Below, one piece after another: positions 40,001 through 55,000 of a stretch of 64,000 nt of DNA (positions are counted from its first letter, which is position 1; each line of letters starts with the position of its first letter). The stretch comes from the human T2T-CHM13v2.0 reference genome, Homo sapiens. The stretch is taken from NCBI RefSeq assembly GCF_009914755.1, contig NC_060946.1. One strand, given 5' to 3'. Below the pieces are notes generated by a model, which saw only the letters and a program-made list of their open reading frames with translations, made no database searches and was not told the origin of the DNA. Made by a program: the position numbers and the translations under genes.

Positions 40001-43000
40001 TTGCACATACTACAAAAAGAGTGCCTCAAAGCTGCTCTCTGAAATGGAATGTTCAACTCTATGAGTTGAATGCAAACATCACAAAGACGTTTCTGAGAAT
40101 GCTTCTGTCTAGATTTGATATGAAGATATTCCCGTTTCCAACGAAATCTTCAAATCTATCCAAATGTCCACTTGCAGATTCAACAAAAAGTGTTTTTCAG
40201 AACTGCTCTATCAAAAGAAAGATCCACCTCTGTTAGCTGAGTTCACACATCCAAACAAGTTTATGAGAATGCTTCTGTCTAGTTTTTATTTGAAGATATT
40301 TCCTTTCTCACCATAGACCTGAAAGCTGTCCTAATGTTCACTTCCAGATACCACAGAAAGAGTGTTTAAAAACTGCTGTACGAAAGGGAATGTTCAACTC
40401 TGTGACTTGAATGCACACATCACAAAGAAGTTTCTGAGGATGCTGCTGTCTACTTTTTATACGTAATCCCGTTTCCAACGAAATCCTCCAAGCTATCCAA
40501 ATATCCACTTGCAGATTCCACAGAAAGACTGTTTCAAAACTGCTCTGTCAATAGAAAGGTTCAACTCTGTTAGCTGCGTGCATATATCCCAAAGAAGATT
40601 CTGAGATTGCTTCTGTCTAGTTTTTACGGGAAGATATTCCCCTTTTCACCGTAGGTGTCAAGGCGCTCCAAATGTCCACTTCCAGATACTACAAAAAGAG
40701 TGTTTCAAACCTACTCTGTGAAAGGGAATATTCAACTCTGTGACTTTAATGCACATATCACAAAGAAGTTTCTGAGAATGCTTCTGTCGAGATTTTGTAT
40801 GAAGATATTCCCGTTTCCAAAGAAATCCTGAAATCTATCCAAATATCCCCTCGCAGATTCTACAAAAAGAGTGTTTCAAAACTGCTCTGTAAAAAGAAAG
40901 GTTCAACTCTGTTAGTTGAGTACACACATCACAAACAAGTTTCACAGAATGCTTCTTTCTAGCTTGTAGGGGAAGATATTCCCTTTATCACCATGGGCCT
41001 CCAACCGTCCGAAACGTCCACTTCCATATACTACAAAAAGAGCGTTTCAAACCTGCTCTATGAAAGGCAATGTTCAACTCTGTGACTTGAATGCAGACAT
41101 CACAGAGCAGTTTCTGAGAATGCTTCTGTCTAGATTTTATAGGAAGATATTCCCGTTTCCAACGAAATCTTCACAGCTATCCAAATATCCACTTGCAGAT
41201 TCTACAAAAAGAGTGTATCAAAACTGCTCTGTCAAAAGGAAGGTTCTTCTCTGTTAGGTGAGTGCATACGTCATAAAGGAGTTTCTGAGAATGTTTCTGT
41301 CTAGTGGTTATGGGAAGATATTTGCTTTTTCACCGTAGGCCTCAGAGCGCTCCAAATATCCACTTGCACATACTACAAAAAGAGTGCCTCAAAGCTGCTC
41401 TCTGAAATGGAATGTTCAACTCTATGAGTTGAATGCAAACATCACAAAGACGTTTCTGAGAATGCTTCTGTGTAGATTTGATAAGAAGATATTCCTGTTT
41501 CCAACGAAATCTTCAAATGTATCCAAATGTCCACTTGCAGATTCAACAAAAAGTGTTTTTCAGAACTGCTCTATCAAAAGAAAGATCCACCTCTGTTAGC
41601 TGAGTTCACACATCCAAACAAGTTTATGAGAATGCTTCTGTCTAGTTTTTATTTGAAGATATTTCCTTTCTCACCATAGACCTGAAAGCTGTCCTAATGT
41701 TCACTTCCAGATACCACAGAAAGAGTGTTTAAAAACTGCTGTACGAAAGGGAATGTTCAACTCTGTGACTTGAATGCACACATCACAAAGAAGTTTCTGA
41801 GGATGCTGCTGTCTACTTTTTATACGTAATCCCGTTTCCAACGAAATCCTCCAAGCTATCCAAATATCCACTTGCAGATTCCACAGAAAGACTGTTTCAA
41901 AACTGCTCTGTCAATAGAAAGGTTCAACTCTGTTAGCTGCGTGCATATATCCCAAAGAAGATTCTGAGATTGCTTCTGTCTAGTTTTTACGGGAAGATAT
42001 TCCCCTTTTCACCGTAGGTGTCAAGGCGCTCCAAATGTCCACTTCCAGATACTACAAAAAGAGTGTTTCAAACCTACTCTGTGAAAGGGAATATTCAACT
42101 CTGTGACTTTAATGCACATATCACAAAGAAGTTTCTGAGAATGCTTCTGTCGAGATTTTGTATGAAGATATTCCCGTTTCCAAAGAAATCCTGAAATCTA
42201 TCCAAATATCCCCTCGCAGATTCTACAAAAAGAGTGTTTCAAAACTGCTCCGTAAAAAGAAAGGTTCAACTCTGTTAGTTGAGTACACACATCACAAACA
42301 AGTTTCACAGAATGCTTCTTTCTAGCTTGTAGGGGAAGATATTCCCTTTATCACCATGGGCCTCCAACCGTCCGAAACGTCCACTTCCATATACTACAAA
42401 AAGAGCGTTTCAAACCTGCTCTATGAAAGGCAATGTTCAACTCTGTGACTTGAATGCAGACATCACAGAGCAGTTTCTGAGAATGCTTCTGTCTAGATTT
42501 TATAGGAAGATATTCCCGTTTCCAACGAAATCTTCACAGCTATCCAAATATCCACTTGCAGATTCTACAAAAAGAGTGTATCAAAACTGCTCTGTCAAAA
42601 GGAAGGTTCTTCTCTGTTAGGTGAGTGCATACGTCATAAAGGAGTTTCTGAGAATGTTTCTGTCTAGTGGTTATGGGAAGATATTTGCTTTTTCACCGTA
42701 GGCCTCAGAGCGCTCCAAATATCCACTTGCACATACTACAAAAAGAGTGCCTCAAAGCTGCTCTTTGAAACGGAATGTTCAACTCTATGAGTTGAATGCA
42801 AACATCACAAAGACGTTTCTGAGAATGCTTCTGTCTAGATTTGATATGAAGATATTCCCGTTTCCAACGAAATCTTCAAATCTATACAAATGTCCACTTG
42901 CAGATTCAATAAAAAGTGTTTTTCAGAACTGCTCTATCAAAAGAAAGATCCACCTCTGTTAGCTGAGTTCACACATCACAAACAAGTTTATGAGAATGCT

Positions 43001-46000
43001 TCTGTCTAGTTTTTATTTGAAGATATTTCCTTTCTCACCATAGACCTGAAAGCTGTCCTAATGTTCACTTCCAGATACTACAGAAAGAGTGTTTCAAAAC
43101 TGCTGTATGAAAGGGAATGTTCAACTCTGTGACTTGAATGCACACATCACAAAGAAGTTTCTGAGGATGCTGCTGTCTACTTTTTATATGTAATCCCGTT
43201 TCCAACGAAATCCTCCAAGCTATCCAAATATCCACTTGCAGATTCCACAGAAAGACTGTTTCAAAACTGCTCTGTCAATAGAAAGGTTCAACTCTGTTAG
43301 CTGCGTGCATATATCCCAAAGAAGATTCTGAGATTGCTTCTGTCTAGTTTTTATGGGAAGATATTTCCCTTTTCACCGTAGGCGTCAAGGCGCTCCAAAT
43401 GTCCACTTCCAGATACTACAAAAAGAGTGTTTCAAACCTACTCTGTGAAAGGGAATATTCAACTCTGTGACTTGAATGCACATATCACAAAGAAGTTTCT
43501 GATAATGCTTCTGTCGAGATTTTATATGAAGATATTCCCGTTTCCAACGAAATCCTGAAATCTATCCAAATATCCCCTCGCAGATTCTACAAAAAGAGTG
43601 TTTCAAAACTGTTCTGTAAAAAGAAAGGTTCAACTCTGTTAGTTGAGTACACACATCACAAACAAGTTTCACAGAATGCTTCTTTCTAGCTTGTAGGGGA
43701 AGATATTCCCTTTATCACCATGGGCCTCCAACCGTCCGAAACATCCACTTCCATATAGTACAAAAAGAGCGTTTCAAACCTGCTCTATGAAAGGCAATGT
43801 TCAACTCTGTGACTTGAATGCAGACATCACAGAGCTGTTTCTGAGAATGCTTCTGTCTAGATTTTATAGGATGATATTCCCGTTTCCAACGAAATCTTCA
43901 CAGCTATCCAAATATCCACTTGCAGATTCTACAAAAAGAGTGTATCCAAACTGCTCTGGCAAAAGGAAGGTTCTTCTCTGTTAGGTGAGTGCATACGTCA
44001 TAAAGGAGTTTCTGAGAATGTTTCTGTCTAGTGGTTATGGGAAGATATTTGCTTTTTCACCGTAGGCCTCAGAGCGCTCCAAATATCCACTTGCACATGC
44101 TACAAAAAGAGTGCCTCAAAGCTGCTCTCTGAAATGGAATGTTCAACTCTATGAGTTGAATGCAAACATCACAAAGACGTTTCTGAGAATGCTTCTGTCT
44201 AGATTTGATATGAAGATATTCCCGTTTCCAACGAAATCTTCAAATCTATCCAAATGTCCACTTGCAGATTCAACAAAAAGTGTTTTTCAGAACTGCTCTA
44301 TCAAAAGAAAGATCCACCTCTGTTAGCTGAGTTCACACATCCAAACAAGTTTATGAGAATGCTTCTGTCTAGTTTTTATTTGAAGATATTTCCTTTCTCA
44401 CCATAGACCTGAAAGCTGTCCTAATGTTCACTTCCAGATACCACAGAAAGAGTGTTTAAAAACTGCTGTACGAAAGGGAATGTTCAACTCTGTGACTTGA
44501 ATGCACACATCACAAAGAAGTTTCTGAGGATGCTGCTGTCTACTTTTTATACGTAATCCCGTTTCCAACGAAATCCTCCAAGCTATCCAAATATCCACTT
44601 GCAGATTCCACAGAAAGACTGTTTCAAAACTGCTCTGTCAATAGAAAGGTTCAACTCTGTTAGCTGCGTGCATATATCCCAAAGAAGATTCTGAGATTGC
44701 TTCTGTCTAGTTTTTACGGGAAGATATTCCCCTTTTCACCGTAGGTGTCAAGGCGCTCCAAATGTCCACTTCCAGATACTACAAAAAGAGTGTTTCAAAC
44801 CTACTCTGTGAAAGGGAATATTCAACTCTGTGACTTTAATGCACATATCACAAAGAAGTTTCTGAGAATGCTTCTGTCGAGATTTTGTATGAAGATATTC
44901 CCGTTTCCAAAGAAATCCTGAAATCTATCCAAATATCCCCTCGCAGATTCTACAAAAAGAGTGTTTCAAAACTGCTCTGTAAAAAGAAAGGTTCAACTCT
45001 GTTAGTTGAGTACACACATCACAAACAAGTTTCACAGAATGCTTCTTTCTAGCTTGTAGGGGAAGATATTCCCTTTATCACCATGGGCCTCCAACCGTCC
45101 GAAACGTCCACTTCCATATACTACAAAAAGAGCGTTTCAAACCTGCTCTATGAAAGGCAATGTTCAACTCTGTGACTTGAATGCAGACATCACAGAGCAG
45201 TTTCTGAGAATGCTTCTGTCTAGATTTTATAGGAAGATATTCCCGTTTCCAACGAAATCTTCACAGCTATCCAAATATCCACTTGCAGATTCTACAAAAA
45301 GAGTGTATCAAAACTGCTCTGTCAAAAGGAAGGTTCTTCTCTGTTAGGTGAGTGCATACGTCATAAAGGAGTTTCTGAGAATGTTTCTGTCTAGTGGTTA
45401 TGGGAAGATATTTGCTTTTTCACCGTAGGCCTCAGAGCGCTCCAAATATCCACTTGCACATACTACAAAAAGAGTGCCTCAAAGCTGCTCTTTGAAACGG
45501 AATGTTCAACTCTATGAGTTGAATGCAAACATCACAAAGACGTTTCTGAGAATGCTTCTGTCTAGATTTGATATGAAGATATTCCCGTTTCCAACGAAAT
45601 CTTCAAATGTATCCAAATGTCCACTTGCAGATTCAACAAAAAGTGTTTTTCAGAACTGCTCTATCAAAAGAAAGATCCACCTCTGTTAGCTGAGTTCACA
45701 CATCACAAACAAGTTTATGAGAATGCTTCTGTCTAGTTTTTATTTGAAGATATTTCCTTTCTCACCATAGACCTGAAAGCTGTCCTAATGTTCACTTCCA
45801 GATACTACAGAAAGAGTGTTTCAAAACTGCTGTATGAAAGGGAATGTTCAACTCTGTGACTTGAATGCACACATCACAAAGAAGTTTCTGAGGATGCTGC
45901 TGTCTACTTTTTATATGTAATCCCGTTTCCAACGAAATCCTCCAAGCTATCCAAATATCCACTTGCAGATTCCACAGAAAGACTGTTTCAAAACTGCTCT

Positions 46001-49000
46001 GTCAATAGAAAGGTTCAACTCTGTTAGCTGCGTGCATATATCCCAAAGAAGATTCTGAGATTGCTTCTGTCTAGTTTTTATGGGAAGATATTTCCCTTTT
46101 CACCGTAGGCGTCAAGGCGCTCCAAATGTCCACTTCCAGATACTACAAAAAGAGTGTTTCAAACCTACTCTGTGAAAGGGAATATTCAACTCTGTGACTT
46201 GAATGCACATATCACAAAGAAGTTTCTGATAATGCTTCTGTCGAGATTTTATATGAAGATATTCCCGTTTCCAACGAAATCCTGAAATCTATCCAAATAT
46301 CCCCTCGCAGATTCTACAAAAAGAGTGTTTCAAAACTGCTCTGTAAAAAGAAAGGTTCAACTCTGTTAGTTGAGTACACACATCACAAACAAGTTTCACA
46401 GAATGCTTCTTTCTAGCTTGTAGGGGAAGATATTCCCTTTATCACCATGGGCCTCCAACCGTCCGAAACATCCACTTCCATATAGTACAAAAAGAGCGTT
46501 TCAAACCTGCTCTATGAAAGGCAATGTTCAACTCTGTGACTTGAATGCAGACATCACAGAGCAGTTTCTGAGAATGCTTCTGTCTAGATTTTATAGGAAG
46601 ATATTCCCGTTTCCAACGAAATCTTCACAGCTATCCAAATATCCACTTGCAGATTCTACAAAAAGAGTGTATCAAAACTGCTCTGTCAAAAGGAAGGTTC
46701 TTCTCTGTTAGGTGAGTGCATACGTCATAAAGGAGTTTCTGAGAATGTTTCTGTCTAGTGGTTATGGGAAGATATTTGCTTTTTCACCGTAGGCCTCAGA
46801 GCGCTCCAAATATCCACTTGCACATACTACAAAAAGAGTGCCTCAAAGCTGCTCTCTGAAACGGAATGTTCAACTCTATGAGTTGAATGCAAACATCACA
46901 AAGACGTTTCTGAGAATGCTTCTGTCTAGATTTGATATGAAGATATTCCCGTTTCCAACGAAATCTTCAAATCTATCCAAATGTCCACTTGCAGATTCAA
47001 CAAATAGTGTTTTTCAGAACTGCTCTATCAAAAGAAAGATCCACCTCTGTTAGCTGAGTTCACACATCACAAACAAGTTTATGAGAATGCTTCTGTCTAG
47101 TTTTTATTTGAAGATATTTCCTTTCTCACCATAGACCTGAAAGCTGTCCTAATGTTCACTTCCAGATACTACAGAAAGAGTGTTTCAAAACTGCTGTACG
47201 AAAGGGAATGTTCAACTCTGTGACTTGAATGCACACATCACAAAGAAGTTTCTGAGGATGCTGCTGTCTACTTTTTATACGTAATCCCGTTTCCAACGAA
47301 ATCCTCCAAGCTATCCAAATATCCACTTGCAGATTCCACAGAAAGACTGTTTCAAAACTGCTCTGTCAATAGAAAGGTTCAACTCTGTTAGCTGCGTGCA
47401 TATATCCCAAAGAAGATTCTGAGATTGCTTCTGTCTAGTTTTTATGGGAAGATATTTCCCTTTTCACCGTAGGCGTCAAGGCGCTCCAAATGTCCACTTC
47501 CAGATACTACAAAAAGAGTGTTTCAAACCTACTCTGTGAAAGGGAATATTCAACTCTGTGACTTGAATGCACATATCACAAAGAAGTTTCTGAGAATGCT
47601 TCTGTCGAGATTTTATATGAAGATATTCCCGTTTCCAACGAAATCCTGAAATCTATCCAAATATCCCCTCGCAGATTCTACAAAAAGAGTGTTTCAAAAC
47701 TGCTCTGTAAAAAGAAAGGTTCAACTCTGTTAGTTGAGTACACACATCACAAACAAGTTTCACAGAATGCTTCTTTCTAGCTTGTAGGGGAAGATATTCC
47801 CTTTATCACCATGGCCTTCAAACCGTCCGAAACGTCCACTTCCATATACTACAAAAAGAGTGTTTCAAACCTGCTCTATGAAAGGCAATGTTCAACTCTG
47901 TGACTTGAATGCAGACATCACAGAGCAGTTTCTGAGAATGCTTCTGTCTAGATTTTATAGGAAGATATTCCCGTTTCCAACGAAATCTTCACAGCTATCC
48001 AAATATCCACTTGCAGATTCTACAAAAAGAGTGTATCAAAACTGCTCTGTCAAAAGGAAGGTTCTTCTCTGTTAGGTGAGTGCATACGTCATAAAGGAGT
48101 TTCTGAGAATGTTTCTGTCTAGTGGTTATGGGAAGATATTTGCTTTTTCCCCGTAGGCCTCAGAGCGCTCCAAATGTCCACTTGCACATGCTACAAAAAG
48201 AGTGCTTCAAAGCTGCTCTCTGAAAGGGAATGTTCAACTCTATGAGTTCAATGTAAACATCACAAAGACGTTTCTGAGAATGCTTCTGTCTAGATTTGAT
48301 ATGAAGATATTCCCGTTTCCAACGAAATCTTCAAATCTATCCAAATGTCCACTTGCAGATTCAACAAAAAGTGTTTTTCAAAACTGCTGTATCAAAAGAA
48401 AGATCCACGTCTGTTAGCTGAGTTCACACATCACAAACAAGTTTATGAGAATGCTTCTGTCTAGTTTTTATTTGAAGATATTTCCTTTCTCACCATAGAC
48501 CTGAAAGCTGTCCTAATGTTCACTTCCAGATACTACAGAAAGAGTGTTTCAAAACTGCTGTACGAAAGGGAATGTTCAACTCTGTGACTTGAATGCACAC
48601 ATCACAAAGAAGTTTCTGAGGATGCTGCTGTCTACTTTTTATACGTAATCCCGTTTCCAACGAAATCCTCCAAGCTATCCAAATATCCACTTGCAGATTC
48701 CACAGAAAGACTGTTTCAAAACTGCTCTGTCAATAGAAAGGTTCAACTCTGTTAGCTGCGTGCATATATCCCAAAGAAGATTTTGAGATTGCTTCTGTCT
48801 AGTTTTTATGGGAAGATATTTCCCTTTTCACCGTAGGTGTCAAGGCTCTCCAAATGTCCACTTCCAGATACTACAAAAAGAGTGTTTCAAACCTACTCTG
48901 TGAAAGGGAATATTCAACTCTGTGACTTTAATGCACATATCACAAAGAAGTTTCTGAGAATGCTTCTGTCGAGATTTTATATGAAGATATTCCCGTTTCC

Positions 49001-52000
49001 AAAGAAATCCTGAAATCTATCCAAATATCCCCTCGCAGATTCTACAAAAAGAGTGTTTCAAAACTGCTCTGTAAAAAGAAAGGTTCAACTCTGTTAGTTG
49101 AGTACACACATCACAAACAAGTTTCACAGAATGCTTCTTTCTAGCTTGTAGGGGAAGATATTCCCTTTATCACCATGGGCCTCCAACCGTCCGAAACGTC
49201 CACTTCCATATACTACAAAAAGAGAGTTTCAAACCTGCTCTAGGAAAGGCAATGTTCAACTCTGTGACTTGAATGCAGACATCACAGAGCAGTTTCTGAG
49301 AATGCTTCTGTCTAGATTTTATAGGAAGATATTCCCGTTTCCAACGAAATCTTCACAGCTATCCAAATATCCACTTGCAGATTCTACAAAAAGAGTGTAT
49401 CAAAACTGCTCTGTCAAAAGGAAGGTTCTTCTCTGTTAGGTGAGTGCATACGTCATAAAGGAGTTTCTGAGAATGTTTCTGTCTAGTGGTTATGGGAAGA
49501 TATTTGCTTTTTCACCATAGGCCTCAGAGCGCTCCAAATATCCACTTGCACATACTACAAAAAGAGTGCCTCAAAGCTGCTCTTTGAAACGGAATGTTCA
49601 ACTCTATGAGTTGAATGGAAACATCACAAAGACGTTTCTGAGAATGCTTCTGTCTAGATTTGATATGAAGATATTCCCGTTTCCAACGAAATCTTCAAAT
49701 CTATCCAAATGTCCACTTGCAGATTCAACAAAAAGTGTTTTTCAGAACTGCTCTATCAAAAGAAAGATCCACCTCTGTTAGCTGAGTTCACAAATCACAA
49801 ACAAGTTTATGAGAATGCTTCTGTCTAGTTTTTATTTGAAGATATTTCCTTTCTCACCATAGACCTGAAAGCTGTCCTAATGTTCACTTCCAGATACTAC
49901 AGAAAGAGTGTTTCAAAACTGCTGTACGAAAGGGAATGTTCAACTCTGTGACTTGAATGCACACATCACAAAGAAGTTTCTGAGGATGCTGCTGTCTACT
50001 TTTTATACGTAATCCCGTTTCCAACGAAATCCTCCAAGCTATCCAAATATCCACTTGCAGATTCCACAGAAAGACTGTTTCAAAACTGCTCTGTCAATAG
50101 AAAGGTTCAACCCTGTTAGCTGCGTGCATATATCCCAAAGAAGATTCTGAGATTGCTTCTGTCTAGTTTTTATGGGAAGATATTTCCCTTTTCACCGTAG
50201 GCGTCAAGGCGCTCCAAATGTCCACTTCCAGATACTACAAAAAGAGTGTTTCAAACCTACTCTGTGAAAGGGAATATTCAACTCTGTGACTTGAATGCAC
50301 ATATCACAAAGAAGTTTCTGATAATGCTTCTGTCGAGATTTTATATGAAGATATTCCCGTTTCCAACGAAATCCTGAAATCTATCCAAATATCCCCTCGC
50401 AGATTCTACAAAAAGAGTGTTTCAAAACTGCTCTGTAAAAAGAAAGGTTCAACTCTGTTAGTTGAGTACACACATCACAAACAAGTTTCACAGAATGCTT
50501 CTTTCTAGCTTGTAGGGGAAGATATTCCCTTTATCACCATGGGCCTCCAACCGTCCGAAACATCCACTTCCATATACTACAAAAAGAGCGTTTCAAACCT
50601 GCTCTATGAAAGGCAATGTTCAACTCTGTGACTTGAATGCAGACATCACAGAGCAGTTTCTGAGAATGCTTCTGTCTAGATTTTATAGGAAGATATTCCC
50701 GTTTCCAACGAAATCTTCACAGCTATCCAAATATCCACTTGCAGATTCTACAAAAAGAGTGTATCAAAACTGCTCTGTCAAAAGGAAGGTTCTTCTCTGT
50801 TAGGTGAGTGCATACGTCATAAAGGAGTTTCTGAGAATGTTTCTGTCTAGTGGTTATGGGAAGATATTTGCTTTTTCACCGTAGGCCTCAGAGCGCTCCA
50901 AATATCCACTTGCACATACTACAAAAAGAGTGCCTCAAAGCTGCTCTCTGAAACGGAATGTTCAACTCTATGAGTTGAATGCAAACATCACAAAGACGTT
51001 TCTGAGAATGCTTCTGTCTAGATTTGATATGAAGATATTCCCGTTTCCAACGAAATCTTCAAATCTATCCAAATGTCCACTTGCAGATTCAACAAAAAGT
51101 GTTTTTCAGAACTGCTCTATCAAAAGAAAGATCCACCTCTGTTAGCTGAGTTCACACATCACAAACAAGTTTATGAGAATGCTTCTGTCTAGTTTTTATT
51201 TGAAGATATTTCCTTTCTCACCATAGACCTGAAAGCTGTCCTAATGTTCACTTCCAGATACTACAGAAAGAGTGTTTCAAAACTGCTGTACGAAAGGGAA
51301 TGTTCAACTCTGTGACTTGAATGCACACATCACAAAGAAGTTTCTGAGGATGCTGCTGTCTACTTTTTATAAGTAATCCCGTTTCCAACGAAATCCTCCA
51401 AGCTATCCAAATATCCACTTGCAGATTCCACAGAAAGACTGTTTCAAAACTGCTCTGTCAATAGAAAGGTTCAACTCTGTTAGCTGCGTGCATATATCCC
51501 AAAGAAGATTCTGAGATTGCTTCTGTCTAGTTTTTATGGGAAGATATTTCCCTTTTCACCGTAGGCGTCAAGGCGCTCCAAATGTCCACTTCCAGATACT
51601 ACAAAAAGAGTGTTTCAAACCTACTCTGTGAAAGGGAATATTCAACTCTGTGACTTGAATGCACATATCACAAAGAAGTTTCTGAGAATGCTTCTGTCGA
51701 GATTTTATATGAAGATATTCCCGTTTCCAACGAAATCCTGAAATCTATCCAAATATCCCCTCGCAGATTCTACAAAAAGAGTGTTTCAAAACTGCTCTGT
51801 AAAAAGAAAGGTTCAACTCTGTTACTTGAGTACACACATCACAAACAAGTTTCACAGAATGCTTCTTTCTAGCTTGTAGGGGAAGATATTCCCTTTATCA
51901 CCATGGTCTTCAAACCGTCCGAAACGTCCACTTCCATATACTACAAAAAGAGTGTTTCAAACCTGCTCTATGAAAGGCAATGTTCAACTCTGTGACTTGA

Positions 52001-55000
52001 ATGCAGACATCACAGAGCAGTTTCTGAGAATGCTTCTGTCTAGATTTTATAGGAAGATATTCCCGTTTCCAACGAAATCTTCACAGCTATCCAAATATCT
52101 ACTTGCAGATTCTACAAAAAGAGTGTATCAAAACTGCTCTGTCAAAAGGAAGGTTCTTCTCTGTTAGGTGAGTGCATACGTCATAAAGGAGTTTCTGAGA
52201 ATGTTTCTGTCTAGTGGTTATGGGAAGATATTTGCTTTTTCCCCGTAGACCTCAGAGCGCTCCAAATGTCCACTTGCACATGCTACAAAAAGAGTGCTTC
52301 AAAGCTGCTCTCTGAAAGGGAATGTTCAACTCTATGAGTTGAATGTAAACATCACAAAGACGTTTCTGAGAATGCTTCTGTCTAGATTTGATATGAAGAT
52401 ATTCCCGTTTCCAACGAAATCTTCAAATCTATCCAAATGTCCACTTGCAGATTCAACAAAAAGTGTTTTTCAAAACTGCTGTATCAAAAGAAAGATCCAC
52501 GTCTGTTAGCTGAGTTCACACATCACAAACAAGTTTATGAGAATGCTTCTGTCTAGTTTTTATTTGAAGATATTTCCTTTCTCACCATAGACCTGAAAGC
52601 TGTCCTAATGTTCACTTCCAGATACTACAGAAAGAGTGTTTCAAAACTGCTGTACGAAAGGGAATGTTCAACTCTGTGACTTGAATGCACACATCACAAA
52701 GAAGTTTCTGAGGATGCTGCTGTCTACTTTTTATACGTAATCCCGTTTCCAACGAAATCCTCCAAGCTATCCAAATATCCACTTGCAGATTCCACAGAAA
52801 GACTGTTTCAAAACTGCTCTGTCAATAGAAAGGTTCAACTCTGTTAGCTGCGTGCATATATCCCAAAGAAGATTTTGAGATTGCTTCTGTCTAGTTTTTA
52901 TGGGAAGATATTTCCCTTTTCACCGTAGGTGTCAAGGCTCTCCAAATGTCCACTTCCAGATACTACAAAAAGAGTGTTTCAAACCTACTCTGTGAAAGGG
53001 AATATTCAACTCTGTGACTTTAATGCACATATCACAAAGAAGTTTCTGAGAATGCTTCTGTCGAGATTTTATATGAAGATATTCCCGTTTCCAAAGAAAT
53101 CCTGAAATCTATCCAAATATCCCCTCGCAGATTCTACAAAAAGAGTGTTTCAAAACTGCTCTGTAAAAAGAAAGGTTCAACTCTGTTAGTTGAGTACACA
53201 CATCACAAACAAGTTTCACAGAATGCTTCTTTCTAGCTTGTAGGGGAAGATATTCCCTTTATCACCATGGGCCTCCAACCGTCCGAAACGTCCACTTCCA
53301 TATACTACAAAAAGAGCGTTTCAAACCTGCTCTAGGAAAGGCAATGTTCAACTCTGTGACTTGAATGCAGACATCACAGAGCAGTTTCTGAGAATGCTTC
53401 TGTCTAGATTTTATAGGAAGATATTCCCGTTTCCAACGAAATCTTCACAGCTATCCAAATATCCACTTGCAGATTCTACAAAAAGAGTGTATCAAAACTG
53501 CTCTGTCAAAAGGAAGGTTCTTCTCTGTTAGGTGAGTGCATACGTCATAAAGGAGTTTCTGAGAATGTTTCTGTCTAGTGGTTATGGGAAGATATTTGCT
53601 TTTTCACCGTAGGCCTCAGAGCGCTCCAAATATCCACTTGCACATACTACAAAAAGAGTGCCTCAAAGCTGCTCTTTGAAACGGAATGTTCAACTCTATG
53701 AGTTGAATGCAAACATCACAAAGACGTTTCTGAGAATGCTTCTGTCTAGATTTGATATGAAGATATTCCCGTTTCCAACGAAATCTTCAAATCTATCCAA
53801 ATGTCCACTTGCAGATTCAACAAAAAGTGTTTTTCAGAACTGCTCTATCAAAAGAAAGATCCACCTCTGTTAGCTGAGTTCACACATCACAAACAAGTTT
53901 ATGAGAATGCTTCTGTCTAGTTTTTATTTGAAGATATTTCCTTTCTCACCATAGACCTGAAAGCTGTCCTAATGTTCACTTCCAGATACTACAGAAAGAG
54001 TGTTTCAAAACTGCTGTACGAAAGGGAATGTTCAACTCTGTGACTTGAATGCACACATCACAAAGAAGTTTCTGAGGATGCTGCTGTCTACTTTTTATAC
54101 GTAATCCCGTTTCCAACGAAATCCTCCAAGCTATCCAAATATCCACTTGCAGATTCCACAGAAAGACTGTTTCAAAACTGCTCTGTCAATAGAAAGGTTC
54201 AACTCTGTTAGCTGCGTGCATATATCCCAAAGAAGATTCTGAGATTGCTTCTGTCTAGTTTTTATGGGAAGATATTTCCCTTTTCACCGTAGGCGTCAAG
54301 GCGCTCAAAATGTCCACTTCCAGATACTACAAAAAGAGTGTTTCAAACCTACTCTGTGAAAGGGAATATTCAACTCTGTGACTTGAATGCACATATCACA
54401 AAGAAGTTTCTGAGAATGCTTCTGTCGAGATTTTATATGAAGATATTCCCGTTTCCAACGAAATCCTGAAATCTATCCAAATATCCCCTCGCAGATTCTA
54501 CAAAAAGAGTGTTTCAAAACTGTTCTGTAAAAAGAAAGGTTCAACTCTGTTAGTTGAGTACACACATCACAAACAAGTATCACAGAATGCTTCTTTCTAG
54601 TTTGTAGGGAAAGATATTCCCTTTATCACCATGGGCCTCAAACCGTCCGAAACGTCCACTTCCATATACTTCAAAAAGAGCGTTTCAAACCTGCTCTATG
54701 AAAGGCAATGTTCAACTCTGTGACTTGAATGCAGACATCACAGAGCTGTTTCTGAGAATGCTTCTGTCTAGATTTTATAGGATGATATTCCCGTTTCCAA
54801 CGAAATCTTCACAGCTATCCAAATATCCACTTGCAGATTCTACAAAAAGAGTGTATCCAAACTGCTCTGGCAAAAGGAAGGTTCTTCTCCGTTAGGTGAG
54901 TGCATACGTCATAAAGGAGTTTCTGAGAATGTTTCTGTCTAGTGGTTATGGGAAGATATTTGCTTTTTCACCGTAGGCCTCAGAGCGCTCCAAATATCCA

